A stretch of DNA of 63,354 nucleotides, filler included, from Rozella allomycis CSF55 (GCA_000442015.1; 8 parts of 8 records of this genome joined end to end with filler, not necessarily neighbours in it); one strand, 5' to 3'. Counted from the first letter of the whole stretch, positions 37,069 through 50,758 are shown. Notes: a model not told the origin generated them from the sequence alone. Numbers and translations: made by a program.

Positions 37069-38509
37069 AATCTCTTGCTGGCTCTGTAGTGTTTTCGAGA
37101 ATTGATCTAAAGAGTGGTTTTAATCAAATCCCGCATCAAGGCCAAAGATCGTGAAAAAACAACCTTTACATGGTGTGCTCAACAGTACCACTTTGTTTGT
37201 GCTCCGCTCGGATTTAAACCTATACCTTCTAAATTTCAAAAAGTTATAAGTCAAATCTTCCTTAAATATAGTTTTGTGAAAGTCTACAACGATGATATAG
37301 TCATTTTCTCATCAAGCTTCGAAGAACATCTTAGACATTTGAAAATTGTTATATAAGATCTAAATTCCTTTTGTTAAAATCAATTTTGATAAATGCGAGC
37401 TTGGGGTCGACGAAATGATAGTGCTTGGTAATCATATTAGTAGATTTGGTATAAAACTTGCTGAACAAAAACTATTGCAAATGGATGAATGGACAGAACC
37501 TAAGACGGGGTCTGAAAAACACAGACATCTTGGATTTTTTAATTAATTTCGAGATATGATCCCTATGTACTCTAAAATTGTGGGTCCGTTGGAGAAACTA
37601 CGTTGTCAAAGTGTAATTGAATGGAATGAAGAATATTGGGCTATTTATACAAAATTGCGAACTATTCTATCCTCAGAAATAATTTTATCATTTCCTGATT
37701 TTGATGTAATATTTGACGTAGGTACAGACGCCTCGGATAAAGGAATTGGAGCTGTACTTTATCAAACGATTAATGGAAAAACTAAATACATAAACTTTGC
37801 TGCTCGTAGTTTACACGACGGTGAAGAGGGATACGGAGCCACAAAGCGCGCATTACTTGCTTTTGTGTTTGCTCTACAAAAATTTAGACCATACTTATGG
37901 GGAACAAAGTTCAATCTATACACAGATCACAGATCGTTGACATACATGTATAGTCAAAAACATGTGAATCAAATGCTAAACAATTGGTTAAAAATTTTAT
38001 TAGAATATGATTTTAATATATACCACAAACCAGGATTCTTAAATATTCTACCTGATGCCATAAGTAGACTTTATGATGCCGACCCCGAAATCGAAGAAAT
38101 AGAATTAAAAGTATGGAGCACTACAGTGCAAAAAAATATTGAATGGAGATTAAATCCTAAAATATTTGAAAAATTAAATAAAGAACTTGGACCATTTGAA
38201 ATTGATGCATTTGCAAGTCCTATCAATCATCATTTACCTATGTACTACGCTAAAGACATAGATGCTCTAACACAAAATTGGAAAGACAAATATCTTTGGA
38301 TCTATCCACCAGAGAACTTAATTGATAAGGTGATTGATAAAATTTATAAAGATAAAGCCAAAGCGGCTATTCTTACTCCCTTTGATAAAACTAAATCATA
38401 TTTCACTAAATTGGAAGCTATTAGNAATCATATTTCACTAAATTGGAAGCTATTAGTAGAAAACAGCCTTTAATAATTTTCAATCAACCAGGTGTATTTA
38501 TAGCTCATC
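37069..38509 (+). mobile_element. Ty3/gypsy pol fragment: RT (disrupted), RNase H, then an in-frame Dam-like adenine methyltransferase domain
   Basis: RT: FSRIDLKSGF, KTTF, VYNDDIVIFS, with stops and frameshifts. Ty3 RNase H: TDASDKGIGAVL, YTDHRSL, KPGFLNILPDAISR. Then WRLNPKIF..GPFEIDAFAS..DALTQNW..WIYPP. Confidence 0.9.
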
Positions 38510-38609
38510 NNNNNNNNNNNNNNNNNNNNNNNNNNNNNNNNNNNNNNNNNNNNTTAATTAATTAANNNNNNNNNNNNNNNNNNNNNNNNNNNNNNNNNNN
38601 NNNNNNNNN

Positions 38610-40680
38610 TTTGATGCAGCATTCGGCCAAACATCTGGTCAATATGCTGTATATGAAATGGCCGCAAAGCCTATTATTGAGAGTGTCCTTGCGGGGTACA
38701 ATGGAACGATATTTGCCTAGTAAGATATATTGGTGTTAAAGATTAGTGGGCAAACTGGCACTGGTAAAAATAGTGGAATGGTGTTATAGGCAAGACGCAT
38801 ACAATGGAGGGCGACAAGGATGATGAGAGTATGAGGGGTGTGATTCCCAATGCGATTATCCATATATTCAATTATATTAATGAGAATGCGGCTACCGGAA
38901 GTAAATTTTTAGTGAGGGCGTCTTTTCTTGAGATATATAATGAGGATGTTTACGATTTGTTGGCCAACCAGGAGACAAAGTTGGAATTGAGGGAGAGGAG
39001 CGACATTGGTGTTTATGTGAAGAATTTGTCGTCGTTTGTGGTGAATTCAGTTGAGGAGATGTACAAGTTGATGACAGTTGGGAACAGAAACCGGTCTGTT
39101 GGGAGTACGATGATGAATGCGCGATCGTCGCGGTCGCATTCGATATTTACGATAACTGTTGAGATGAGTTTTAAGAATGCGGATGGACAGGAGCATATTA
39201 AAGTTGGAAAGTTGAATTTAGTTGATTTAGCGGGTTCTGAGCGACAGAGCAAGACTGGGGCTACTGGAGAACGGTTGAAGGAGGCTACGAGAATTAACTT
39301 GTCGCTGTCAGCGCTTGGGAATGTGATATCGGCGTTGGTGGATGGGAGGAGCAAGCATATTCCGTATAGAGATTCCAAATTGACGAGACTGCTGCAAGAT
39401 TCGCTGGGAGGCAATTCAAAAACGCTGATGATTGCAACGTTGAGTCCAGCTAGTTATAACTATGATGAGACCCTTTCAACTCTACGGTATGCATCACGTG
39501 CAAAGAATATAAAGAATAAGCCCAAAGTTAATGAAGATCCAAAAGTAAAATAGAATGAATTTTAAAATAGGATGCTTTGCTGAGAGAATTCCAAGAGGAA
39601 ATTAAGAGATTGAAGATGCAGTTGGAAGAAGAAGAACAAGAAAAAGAACGAATTCAAAATTTGGAAATTTCAGAAAAAGGCAATAAACAAAAAAGAAGCA
39701 AAAATGATATTAAAGATGAAAAGGAGAAGAATAATAAAAATGANAAAAGAATAATAAAAATTACAAAGAGAAGAATGAAAATAACACGAGTGAAAACGAA
39801 AAGAATGATGTGCCTGACTTTAGTGTGATAAATACTGAGATTGATAATGAGAGGAAACATAGAGAAGCGTTGATTAATAGAAAAAAGGTGTAAATGACTT
39901 CATTAAAAGGAAAACAAATTTTATGGCCATTNGAATTTAATTGAAGAAAAAGCGAAAGAGTTGGAGTATAAAGAAATAGAGCTTCAAGAAAGACGAGAAA
40001 AAGAAAAAGAATTGGAAATTGAATTAGAAAACCAATTTGAGAAGCAATTGAAATTTGAAGAAAATTATTCTTCCCTTCAAGATGAAGTCGTTTCAAAAAC
40101 TAAGAAATTAAAACAATTTTGGACTTTGTGGAATTCATTAAAAGTTGAATTGAGAGATTCAGAAAGAGATATGCAAATTGAAAGAGAAGATTTGCTTGAA
40201 ACAATTCGTTTGCTTTCTAGAGAATTGAAGTTGAAGAATTTGATTGTTCATTCTTTTGTTCCAGAGAATGTTTTAAATGAAATTGAAAAGCGTTCAGAAT
40301 ATGACAATGAAAATGACAAGTGGAGGATTTCATACATTGCCCATGCAGGGAACAACATTAGAGTAGAAGGAGGAGAGGGAAATAGAGTAAAAGAAAATAG
40401 CTTTGCAAGAGTAAAGTCAGTCAATAGAGATATCAAGAGCGTTGGAAACAAATCTAATTTAAATGAATGGATGGGATTCTCTAGTAATCCTCTATGGCAA
40501 ACAAACAGTGTCTTTCTCTCTTACAAGGATATTCTACCAGGCGTTTATGAAAACTTGATTGAAAAATCAAAAAAAGAAAACATTCCAGAAACAATCAAAA
40601 GAAAAAGTTCATCCAAGAAAACTTTAATCGAAACACCTCAACCAAGAGGCTTAGTCTCTAAACAAACAAGATTTGCATAA
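38610..40680 (+). CDS. KIF3A: Kinesin-2 motor subunit (KIF3A/FLA10-like), 5' truncated
   Basis: AYGQTGTGKT (spliced), [36 protein letters not shown], a coiled-coil stalk, and tail [11 protein letters not shown] like KIF3A AYTGNNMR. Confidence 0.9.
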
Positions 40681-40758
40681 ACAATAAATGTAAAGCAATA
40701 AATGTAAAGGCAATATATGGCTGTTTAAAGGATTTTATTACATTTCACATCTCCATAC

Positions 40759-42112
40759 CTAAAATGATGTGTGGTTTAAAATATAGTTTTTTATTCTCAA
40801 TTGAGACAAATATATCTTTGTTTTTGATCCATCTTCTCGTTTAATCCAAAACTAAATCATCTTTATTAATTCTGAAATTTACTAAATCAGGTGAATTCAA
40901 AGAAGTGATTATTCCTCTATACGATGGCCCATTCCTACATTCAACAAATATTTGATCATTCTTTTCAAATTTTTCTTCATTTATAATCAAAAGTCCATCT
41001 TCATACACAACTTTCGCTTCAACCTCCACTTCCTCATTCCTACCACTAACAGTCTTATTCGTCCTCAAAAACACAACATCTTCATTAATTTCATTATCCT
41101 TCAATTCATAATTCACCACAGGCCCATTCGATTTCTTGTTTCTGCCCTTCTCAATAGAACTCATCTCATTCGCTCTCTTTCTCAGTTTCCTTGCCCCTTG
41201 CACACTTCTATTAAATGATTCAACACTGATTTCTTTTAACCTTCACTATACTCCTTACCATTCGCAATATCATAAACATCCTTTTCTTCCTGCAATTTCT
41301 TCTTCTTTTCCAACAATTTTCCAATCATCTTCTCCCTCATTCCATCCTTCTCCATCTATTCCAATTACAACGCCCTTTTACCAAATATTCACTCTCCACT
41401 TGCTCCAACTCAGCTTCATACAGCGACTGCAAACACGCCAACTGGTACTCCTCCCACACTTGCGCCAACCACAATTTTTCCTTTTTCTTTCTCTCCAAAA
41501 CATTCAGCTGATCCAGAAATTCTTCATTTTCTCCTTTTTTCAATCTCTCCATTTCGGCCTTTATCTTTTCCACCTTTTCCGTAAATATTCTATTTTCAGC
41601 CAATAATCATCATACTGCTCTTTAGACTTTTTAAACGTCTCTTCAATCTCGGCTATTCTATCCTTGGTTTTTTGCCGAATGTCCTTTTCTTCTGCATGGT
41701 CGCCTTGCACTTGCTTGTCAGGGCGCTTGCTGCTTTCTGTGTCGTTGTTATCTTCAGTTTCATTGTTTTCTTCTTCCATATCATTGTTATTTTCATCCAC
41801 ATTCTCCGCTTGCGTAGGCACGGCATTTGTTCCAGTGTCGACATCGTTTCCCATTTCTTTTCTGTCCTCTGTATTCTCAACATCTTTGGGTATATTCTTT
41901 CCATTCTTTTCAATCTCAACTTCATTCAACTCAGACTCATCTTTATTAAAAGGCAGAGAATACACATCGTCGTCTTCATTCATCTCCTCTACCTTTTTCT
42001 CTGATTTTTCTTGCCCCATATTTTCACTCCCCGCATCTATGTCCATATTATCAACGCCTTCTTTATCACCTTCACTGCTAGCAAGTGGAAACTCTTTCTG
42101 ATCTGGGTCCAT
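40759..42112 (-). CDS. Sds3/BRMS1-family Sin3-HDAC subunit
   Basis: Acidic N-terminus, then IEETF..KEQIF.EK..L..G...EFL..L, EYQ...YEAE...EY, and a C-terminal DGSKTKIYLSQL. Confidence 0.8.
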
Positions 42113-42195
42113 TTGACAAGGGTTGAATGTATATTCAGAATACTCAACCTCACGCAAACATTACAATCACAAAATGAATTACATTTATAATTCTA

Positions 42196-44029
42196 ATGAC
42201 ATTTATTATTCATATCTTTGACCCGTGGCTGGCCCAAGTGGCTTGTGTGGGATGAATTTAGATGTTAGCACAAGTTCTCTATCATGTCCAAAAAATACAT
42301 CAGCTTCATCAAATACAGACACACAAGAAACTACCAAAGATAGAATAATAGTCCCAAGTTTCTTCTTCAGTGACTCCAAATCTACCGATCTCTGGCATGA
42401 CTCGAGCGACGCCGATTCCTTATTCAATAACAATGACGGCCTCGAAGACTTTGGCCCATGCTGTTCCGAAACAACGGATGCTAAATACTCGTTTGATTGT
42501 GGGTACACTGATTTGTCAGATTTGATGGACGAACGATCGGAAGCTTTGCATAAAGTTTTCAAACCAGAGTTTTCAGAACCCTTAGAATGCTCAGTAATTA
42601 AAGTTTTTAAGTAATTTTTATAGTCGGATTCAGAAGACGAGTTTGATATTGACACCAAAGGCATGTTCACACTTTCAGACTAGAAATCCAAGGCCGTAAT
42701 CAAAGGAGGCTTCGTTTGCAGAAAAATTCATAAAGAGAAAGGGAAAACTTTAAAATTTTCATCATGGAAAATGTCGTGGATGGAATTGCGTGACGATATA
42801 CTCTGCATATATGCCAGTGATTCGTCCGTTCCCAGTTTCCATAAGCAGCATCTGCAATCTATTAAAAATCAAAGCTTTACACTGAAAAATATTTTCAAGT
42901 TGATTAAGCATTCCAGAAATGCGCAACCTAAAGTAAATGTAAATGAACCTCCAAAGATGCCAGTAAACTTGGACGTAAAGAAACTCCTAAACGTAAATTA
43001 ATATCTTAAAGGAAATAGCCTTATTCCAAAGAACCTCTAAAGTATGTTATTCCACTGAAAGACTGTTCCCTCTCTTCCTCTGCAAATACAAACCGCCCTT
43101 ACACAGTCTGTTTAACGACAACGCAAAATTTTGAGATCTACATTTCATTTGAATCAGATATTTCAATTTCCGATTGGTCGCTTATGATTTCAAACTCTAT
43201 ACATAACGATAAGACACGTAAATAGTTTATCTTGGGTTAAAGATAGAGTCTAGGTATTTAACTCTCCACTCTGAGCGAATCTTGGAAAGCAAATATAAGA
43301 CGATATTCAAACGAAAATCCAAATCACACAAAGAAGTCTATAGGGAGCACATTTTTGGGACTTCTCTTGACGAATATCGAGAAAAGTATCATAGACCTTA
43401 TCCACCTTTTATTAAAGCATGCATACGTTACATAGAAAAAAGAGGTATCAATCGCGAAGGATTATATCGGATATCTGGCCACAGATCTCACATAATGCGT
43501 CTGAGAGAGTTGATAGAAATAGGTATTAGTTAATTTGGATTAAAAGCAGAAAACTTCAATTTTGATGTGCAAGATACTTTCTATTCAGTAGATGAGGCTT
43601 GTTCAATTTTGAAAATGTACTTTCGAGAGTTGAAAGAGCCCCTTTTGTTGTTTAAGAATTATGAATACTTGATGAGCATTGGAGGTATACCTTGTGAATT
43701 GAATTCAATAGAAATCAGGGATAATACCTTTAGACAAGTAGCCGCGTTGCAGGAAGTTGTTAAAGATCTCCCAGCAGCTAATGCTCGTCTTCTATATATT
43801 CTCATGAAGCATTTAAACTAGTAAATTTGCTTAAATTTTATGAATTAGTGTTCAATCTCGTCAAAATGAAAACAAGATGACCGCAAAGAACTTGGCGATG
43901 ATTTTTGGGCCCTCACTAGTTAGACCACCGGATGAAGAATCTTTAATCTTTTTGCAAGTGCCAAGTATTATTTCCACTATTTCATGCTTTATTTTACACT
44001 ACCATTTAATTTTGAATCAACAGAAATAA
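42196..44029 (+). CDS. PH + RhoGAP domain protein
   Basis: PH-like IKGGFVCRK..SWKMSWMELR. RhoGAP IFGTSL..PPFIKACIRYIEKRGINREGLYRISG, LKMYFRELKEPLL, NKMTAKNLAMIFGPSL. The start is uncertain. Confidence 0.88.
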
Positions 44030-44332
44030 AATAATTCTTCGATAAATATTTACTTTTAATTTATGAATGAGAAGATCGGATCTATAGTGGATGCTTCTGG
44101 AAGAACTGATGATCAGATGTTAAAATTTTCCGATCCAATATAAATCTGAGTCATCAGACTATAATCGCATGACCAAAATATCATCTAAGATACAAACCCG
44201 CTGTCTTCAAACGGTAATTGGCGACTAAAATATAACAGATTCATACCTTTATTGCAAGTGGAAACGTTAAACATCAATGTACTTTATTAGTACGAATGGA
44301 GAATATTGCAGTGGCTGGACTTCTAGGATCCT

Positions 44333-46899
44333 ATGCTTCAATGGCGGAAATTTGAATTCTTTTCTCCCGAACCAATTATTTCCGATATATTAGTACTTTT
44401 TATTATAGATAAATTTAGGTTGAAGATGTTATTTGTTGCTTTCATGCTTCCCATGGAGTCTTAGCACTTGGAACTGTTACAGGCGATATAGTTGTTGTTC
44501 AAAACCCAAAAAACGTTGGACAAGAGGTTATTAGAATCAAAACCTTATTGATTAAACTAGAAATTGTGCGTGTTAAAAATAACAATTATGTGTATTGTTT
44601 AGGGTTTGTAAAGTCTACATATATTGGTTATAGGATTCAGATAACAATGTAGAGCTTTTGGTGTTTAGTTTGAACAACGTTGATGTTCCTCATAGACATT
44701 TCAAAGTGACCAAACAAGCTGAAATGATCACCTGTTTTGATGAATATGAGAACACGATATGTATTGGAACATCGAACGGTGTTGTTATTTTATGCAAGAT
44801 CAACATGGTGAAAGACAAGCATGCCAAGTTTAAGGTTGTCCATCAAGATGAACTAGAAATTACAAATGTGGGCATAAAGAAAATTGATGAAGCAAGAGTA
44901 GCTGTGTTTATAACGACAAGAAATAAAATTTTGATTTTTAATGAGAGTGTTCATAGTGTGAACGCTGTGGATGATCAAGGGTGTGAAATAGGGTATGGAA
45001 GAATGAATTATTTAAGAAACTGTTTTTTGATGATTCGAAACGAGGCTGTTTTCTACTATGGAATTGATGGGAAAGGCCCTTGTTATGTTTTTGATGGTGA
45101 AAAGGAAGCCATCTGTGATTTTAATTCACAACTAGCAGTGTTGTACAAAAGGGAGGATTATCAATTAACAGTTTACGATATGGATCACAAATTTATTTCA
45201 TTTGTTTATAACATTAAATGCAATCCTTTATATCTTTTTTACGAATGGAATCAATTAAATATTTTGACCAGGGCCAATCATCTAATCCAGTTTCAAGAAA
45301 AAGACATGTCCAGCAAATTAGAAGTTTTGTTCAAAAAGAATTTATATTCGTTAGCTTTAAATTATGCCGAGTCATTGAATTATCCTTCCATTCATGAAAT
45401 ATATAAAAGATATGGCGATTTTTGTTTTAACAAAGGCGACAATGAAAACGCTATGAACCAATATTTAAAAACTATTGGATTTCTAGAACCTTCCTTTGTA
45501 ATTAAGAAATTTCTTAATGGCAAGGGACTTCCATTTCTTACTTTATATCTTGAGAGTCTTCACGAGAAATCACTCGCTAATCCCGATCACACCACTTTGC
45601 TAATAAATTGCTACACAAAATTGAATGAGTCTGAAAAGTTGGACAAATTTATTAAAAGTGAACTTGAATTCGACCAAGAGACGGGTATTAAAGTTTGTCG
45701 TCAATCTGGGTACTCTGAGCATGCTTTGCATTTGGCAAAGAAGATTAAAAATAATGGACTTGCTCTAAACATTCTTACAGAGGATTTAAACGACTATCTT
45801 AACGCTCTCCGTTTCATTGATACCCTGGCTAATGACAAGATTCAATATTTCAAAAAGTATTTCAAATCATTTATCAAATACATTCCAGATGAAACATGCG
45901 AGTTTTTTAAAACAAATATTCACACTGCACAGATGATTGAAGAGTTCCTTCAGCTGTCTTGCGCCTCGCCTGTGTTTGTAAACCTTTTGTCCAGTCTTTC
46001 AATGGACCTGACCCCAAAGATTTATCATTTCTTGCTTGAAAACCATCTAATAAATCAAGATTATGACAAAGCTATGGAAATTTTAAAATATAAGAGTATT
46101 GATATTGACCAAGCCATTTTGATTTGCCGCCAAAATAAATTTGAGAAGGGCGTCATTTATCTCTTGGAAAGTCAAAACAAGTAAAAGTTTTAAAATTTAA
46201 ATAAAAGTTTTCGTGAAATAATAGAAATCCATTTGAAAAATCATGATGAGGTTGGGTTGATTGACACAGTAAAGAAATATGAGACCATGATGATCAATGA
46301 AACGTGTATTTGGTGCGAGCTGCTTAATTATTTCACATTAAATTCCTCTTCATCATTTTCAAACTTGTCATTTATTATCTCGTTGATAAACTTGTATGAT
46401 ATAATCCCGATAGTTGAGATTATAAATATTCTATCTCAAAATCAGAATATTCCACTTTCTATTATAAAGCCAATGCTAATAAACAAACTAAAGTTGGAGC
46501 AAGAAAGAATAGAAAAAGACAATCAAGACATTCAAAGGTTTTCAAAAGAAGTTGCAGAATTAGAAAATGAAATCAAAGAACTGAAAAAGTAACATAATCG
46601 ATTAAAAGTAATCTAGCCCAATAACGTTTCAGGCTACGCGGTGCTCATCATGCAGCAACCCTTTAGATCTTCCCACTACCCATTTCTTTTGCAAGCATTC
46701 TTATCACCAACGCTGCTTGGGAGAAGAAGACGATCAGTGCCCCAAGTGCTTATCCAAATTTAATAAAATACAAACAAAAATGTCTAAGCTAGCTAAATCT
46801 CGTGATCACAAAGCTTTTATACATGATCTAGAGACAACTCCAGATGGTTTCTCATTAATTGCAAGCTATTTTAGTCAAAACGTGTTTTATAATAAATGA
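44333..46899 (+). CDS. VPS11: Vacuolar protein sorting 11 (HOPS/CORVET)
   Basis: MLQWRKFEFF start, KLEVLFKKNLY, YLKTIGFLEPSFVIKKFL, DHTTLLINCYTKL, and a C-terminal RING CSSC..LDLP..HFLCKHSYHQRC..CPKC. Confidence 0.95.
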
Positions 46900-46916
46900 G
46901 TTTTATAATTTATATA

Positions 46917-47265
46917 TTAATGATGTATAATCTGTATGCTTTCGCCTCTGATTTCCTTGAAATCCAACTTTTCCTCTATTTCTTCATCAACCAACCCAAC
47001 AACCGCACTATGAAAATTAATAGACGTGTTTACATGTTATCTCCTCTTATCAAGTACAAGCCAAGTTGAACAAACTCTACTGGCTCGTCTGTTGAATATA
47101 TTCTCTCGTGTGACCCTGCCAAAATTATATTCATCGCTTGGTCATAGCCTTTCAACGTTCCAACTAGGTTTCTACCATCGTTGGTTATAATAGATATTGT
47201 ATCTAGCTCACATCAACTATATTTTCATTACGGTTCACATATTCCATCAAAGGAGTGGTCGCCAT
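46917..47265 (-). CDS. LSM8: U6 snRNA-associated Sm-like protein LSm8
   Basis: Spliced translation MATTPLMEYVN..IITNDGRNLVGTLKGYDQAMNIIL..HERIYS..LGLYLIRGDN. Not in the ORF track. Confidence 0.92.
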
Positions 47266-47692
47266 TACAAACTATGCCACAAAAACTAATCATACGATTG
47301 ATACATTGTTTTTTAAAACTTCGAACGCGTGGGAATGAGCCATTTTTCCAAAGTACCTACTGAAAAGATTTATGTTAATTAAGTTTAATTTATTAAAGAG
47401 TTAATTTTATGCCCCTCATACGCAAGTAATTTGCGAATTTTTGAATGTGTTGTTCGTCTTTAAAGGAATTTCTAGTAAATTTCACATGCTTTATATTCGT
47501 TTTAGCCAACAACTTGGCCAATTCTTTAACATTTTCAATTTTTCTGCGAGGACGTGAAATTACATCGAGGTATTCCAATCGAGGTGAAACATNNNNNNNN
47601 NNNNNNNNNNNNNNNNNNNNNNNNNNNNNNNNNNNNTTAATTAATTAANNNNNNNNNNNNNNNNNNNNNNNNNNNNNNNNNNNNNNNNNNNN

Positions 47693-48012
47693 GGAAGAGC
47701 GAAAGATTTAACTCCAAAAGCAAAGTTTTATAGTACTTTTCTAGGGTAAACATGATATGAAAATAATAAAGAACGCCTGAACCTTTTGATAGACATGATT
47801 GGACGGTGAATAGATGCGGCAAGGAGGTTAGATATGTTATAGATTACTATGCTGGCGAATCCGTTCAAGGCATGCCATCATTTTACTGTGATGTGAGGCC
47901 TGCAGTAGATTCATTGCAAAGTGGACTAGATCGTTTAAAAATGATAGCTTCAGAGAATTGGGAGTCAATGAAATCGTATTGGAATAGAGAGTCAATAAAA
48001 CCATCAAATTAA
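47693..48012 (+). CDS. Holocytochrome c/c1 synthase (heme lyase), 3' fragment
   Basis: [41 protein letters not shown]. Confidence 0.93.
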
Positions 48013-48020
48013 ACAAACCA

Positions 48021-49648
48021 TTATTTAATTTTATATTCCTCAAAATTACAAGTATTGCCAATAATCCGCCATGCCTTTTTGGGCATCGTCCAAACGGCAC
48101 TTTCACTGAACCCGCTTCTGCTAATGACCAACGCATCAGCTCTGCATAAAATCCACCAATCTGTAAACAGCTTTAAATACAGATTCCTGTCTTGATTCTT
48201 CATTTTTGGCGCGTAATCAATGTGCGGCGCTGAGCCTTGAATGTATTTGATCTGAAACGTTTTTTGGTTGACTCTATCGTGAACAGCCGTGATACCTTCT
48301 TCCAGCAGCATGATTGCGTTTGGGGAATCTGACGTTATGAAATATATACAGTGTGACTTTGCTTGGTTCAAGCAGGTGGTGGTGCTTTGGGATATGAAGC
48401 ATTCGATTTGAGAAAGATGCTGTCTTTCTGTATTCTGTTTGCCATAAATTAGATCGCCTGATCTGAATTGGACTCCTATTATATAATTTTCATTTTCTTG
48501 GTGATTATCACTCTCATTATCAATCTGATTATCACTTTCATTTTCGTTTTCACTTTCTTCAATCTCATTCCCTTTATCATTTCTGCCATTTTTTAATTCA
48601 TTAATGTAAGAGTGCGTAGCATTCGATAAAAACGGTGTAGGTTCCTTGAACAAGTAGGACATTACATAATGCGCANGTAATTATCATTTTCTTGGTGATT
48701 ATCACTTTCATTATCAATGTGATTATCAGTATCCTTATCATTTTCGATTTCATTTTCTTCACTTTTATCCTTATCGATTCCTTTTTCATTTCCTTCATTA
48801 TCCTTTAATTCATTGATGTAAGAGTGTGTAGCATTCAATAAAAACGGTGTAGGTTCCTTGAACAAGTAGGACATTACATAATGCGCAGCCAATTCACTTT
48901 CAGCATTACGCAAAAACGGCATGAGCTCTTCCACTTTACCTCTATACCTCCACCCACGGAATATGGCTTCCCACATCTTGCTATTAGTTCTCAACCCAAC
49001 GGACTGACTGTCCGCCCACTCTTTATCAAAATCCGTATTCTTCAAGTACTTTTCCGTGACACTGACTTTTCCAACCATTGTAACCTGTGTGAGTATAGTG
49101 ACTGGATTACCTATAAAAAGCAAAGTACAACAGGTACCTTTTTGTCTGTATTGTTGACCATGTGAATGTTGAAATAGTGATCGAGTCTAACGGGGTAATC
49201 CCATTGAATGGCGAATTCGTAGCTGTTTAGGAGTGCGAGATAAAAAGTAGTGATGATGCCTCTGAATCTGTCTCCGAGACCGCCGCAGCCGCCTTCATGG
49301 CATCGGTAGGCGAGCAGTTTGCGTTTGCAGTTTGATTGTAGTTGGAGGGATTTGAGAGTNTCCGCAGCCGCCTTCATGGCACCTGTACGCGAGCAGTTTG
49401 CGTTTGCAGTTTGATTGTAGTTGGAGGGATTTGAGAGTGTTTGAGTATGAGTTGAAGTAGGAGTGGATTGATTGGGAGGGTGTGTAGGATGGGAGGAGGC
49501 GATGCAATGGCTTTTTGAAATGGTTGACGATGCATTGATCGAATTCGGAGAGGACTATTTTTGATGGAGGCGGGGGTGGAGGATAGAGAGTGATTATGGA
49601 GAGTGTGAAGAGAACGAGGAAGATGAGGTAGTGTGAAATGGAGTGCAT
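48021..49648 (-). CDS. Type II membrane GT-B fucosyltransferase-like glycosyltransferase (with n-junction duplications)
   Basis: N-terminal TM, GGLGDRFRGI..FYLALL, motif I IIGVQFRSGD, motif II YFITSDS, motif III DWWILCRADALVISRSGFS. Confidence 0.8.
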
Positions 49649-49939
49649 GAAATGTGGAATGCTGAATGGTAAACATTAAAAGATAAACAAACTCAAGATA
49701 ATCGATAATCGATAACCGATAAGAGAGATTAGTTATTGGATAAGAAACAATGAAATAATACAAGAATACATGAAGTAATAGTTGTCTAATCTTGTAATAA
49801 NTTCAAGATAATCGATAACCGATAATTGATAAGGGAGATTATTTGTTAAATAAGAAACATTGAAATAATACAAGAATACATGAAGTAATAGTTGTCTAAT
49901 CTTGTAATAAAAATTTATGAAAAATCATTGTCTATGAAA

Positions 49940-50658
49940 AATCAATGTTTGGTTGAAGAGTGAGATTTTTGATTTCCTTGTGTTCTTTAAGCCAATCAGA
50001 AAATGAAATATTATCTACAACAACCATAAAAGAAATTCATACTAGATTCCAAAAGATATCCAGCAAAACAGATGAGATAGAAATACCGCATTAAATAATT
50101 GATGCCTATAAAGAAAATGATTGACTGAATACCTCTTTGAAAGACTTGGTTGAATTTTGTGGATTTGTTGATTGACAGTCTAGTTTTAAAGTCGTAGATT
50201 GCCAAGCGTAGATTTTGAATGTGTTGGCAGTGATCGATTGTGTAGTCTGTTAACATTTTGGCTAGTCTGCCGAATGAAAGAACAGAGATTAGTTGGAGGA
50301 TTATTTTGTAGTCGCCGCGCATGAATGTGTATTCTTGGTGATCGTCGTTTGGAATTGACAAGGGATCGTTGTCAAAGTAGGGGCTAGAACAGATTCCAGG
50401 GTAGAGAAATCAGAGGAGCATTTTTGAACGATGGAGAGCATGAGAGTGATGATCATTCCAGTTGTGGTTCTTCCTCTTCCCATTTGACAGTTGAAGATTG
50501 AATCGTTTAGATTTAGATTGTTTGAAGCTAATTGATCAAACACAATAGGAATTGGGGCTTGTTCATCAGTTCTATTTATAAATAATTAATGTAATACATG
50601 GGTATTCTAATGTAAGATACGTTGAAGCCTTCTTGTTTAATTTCATCAAAGACTTGAG
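49940..50658 (-). CDS. Paladin-like / PTP-like inositol-polyphosphate phosphatase, fragment
   Basis: RIP.TDEQAP, IFNCQMGRGRTTTGM, HCQHIQNLR, YLMRYFYLICF..YL. Confidence 0.85.
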
Positions 50659-50758
50659 NNNNNNNNNNNNNNNNNNNNNNNNNNNNNNNNNNNNNNNNNN
50701 NNTTAATTAATTAANNNNNNNNNNNNNNNNNNNNNNNNNNNNNNNNNNNNNNNNNNNN

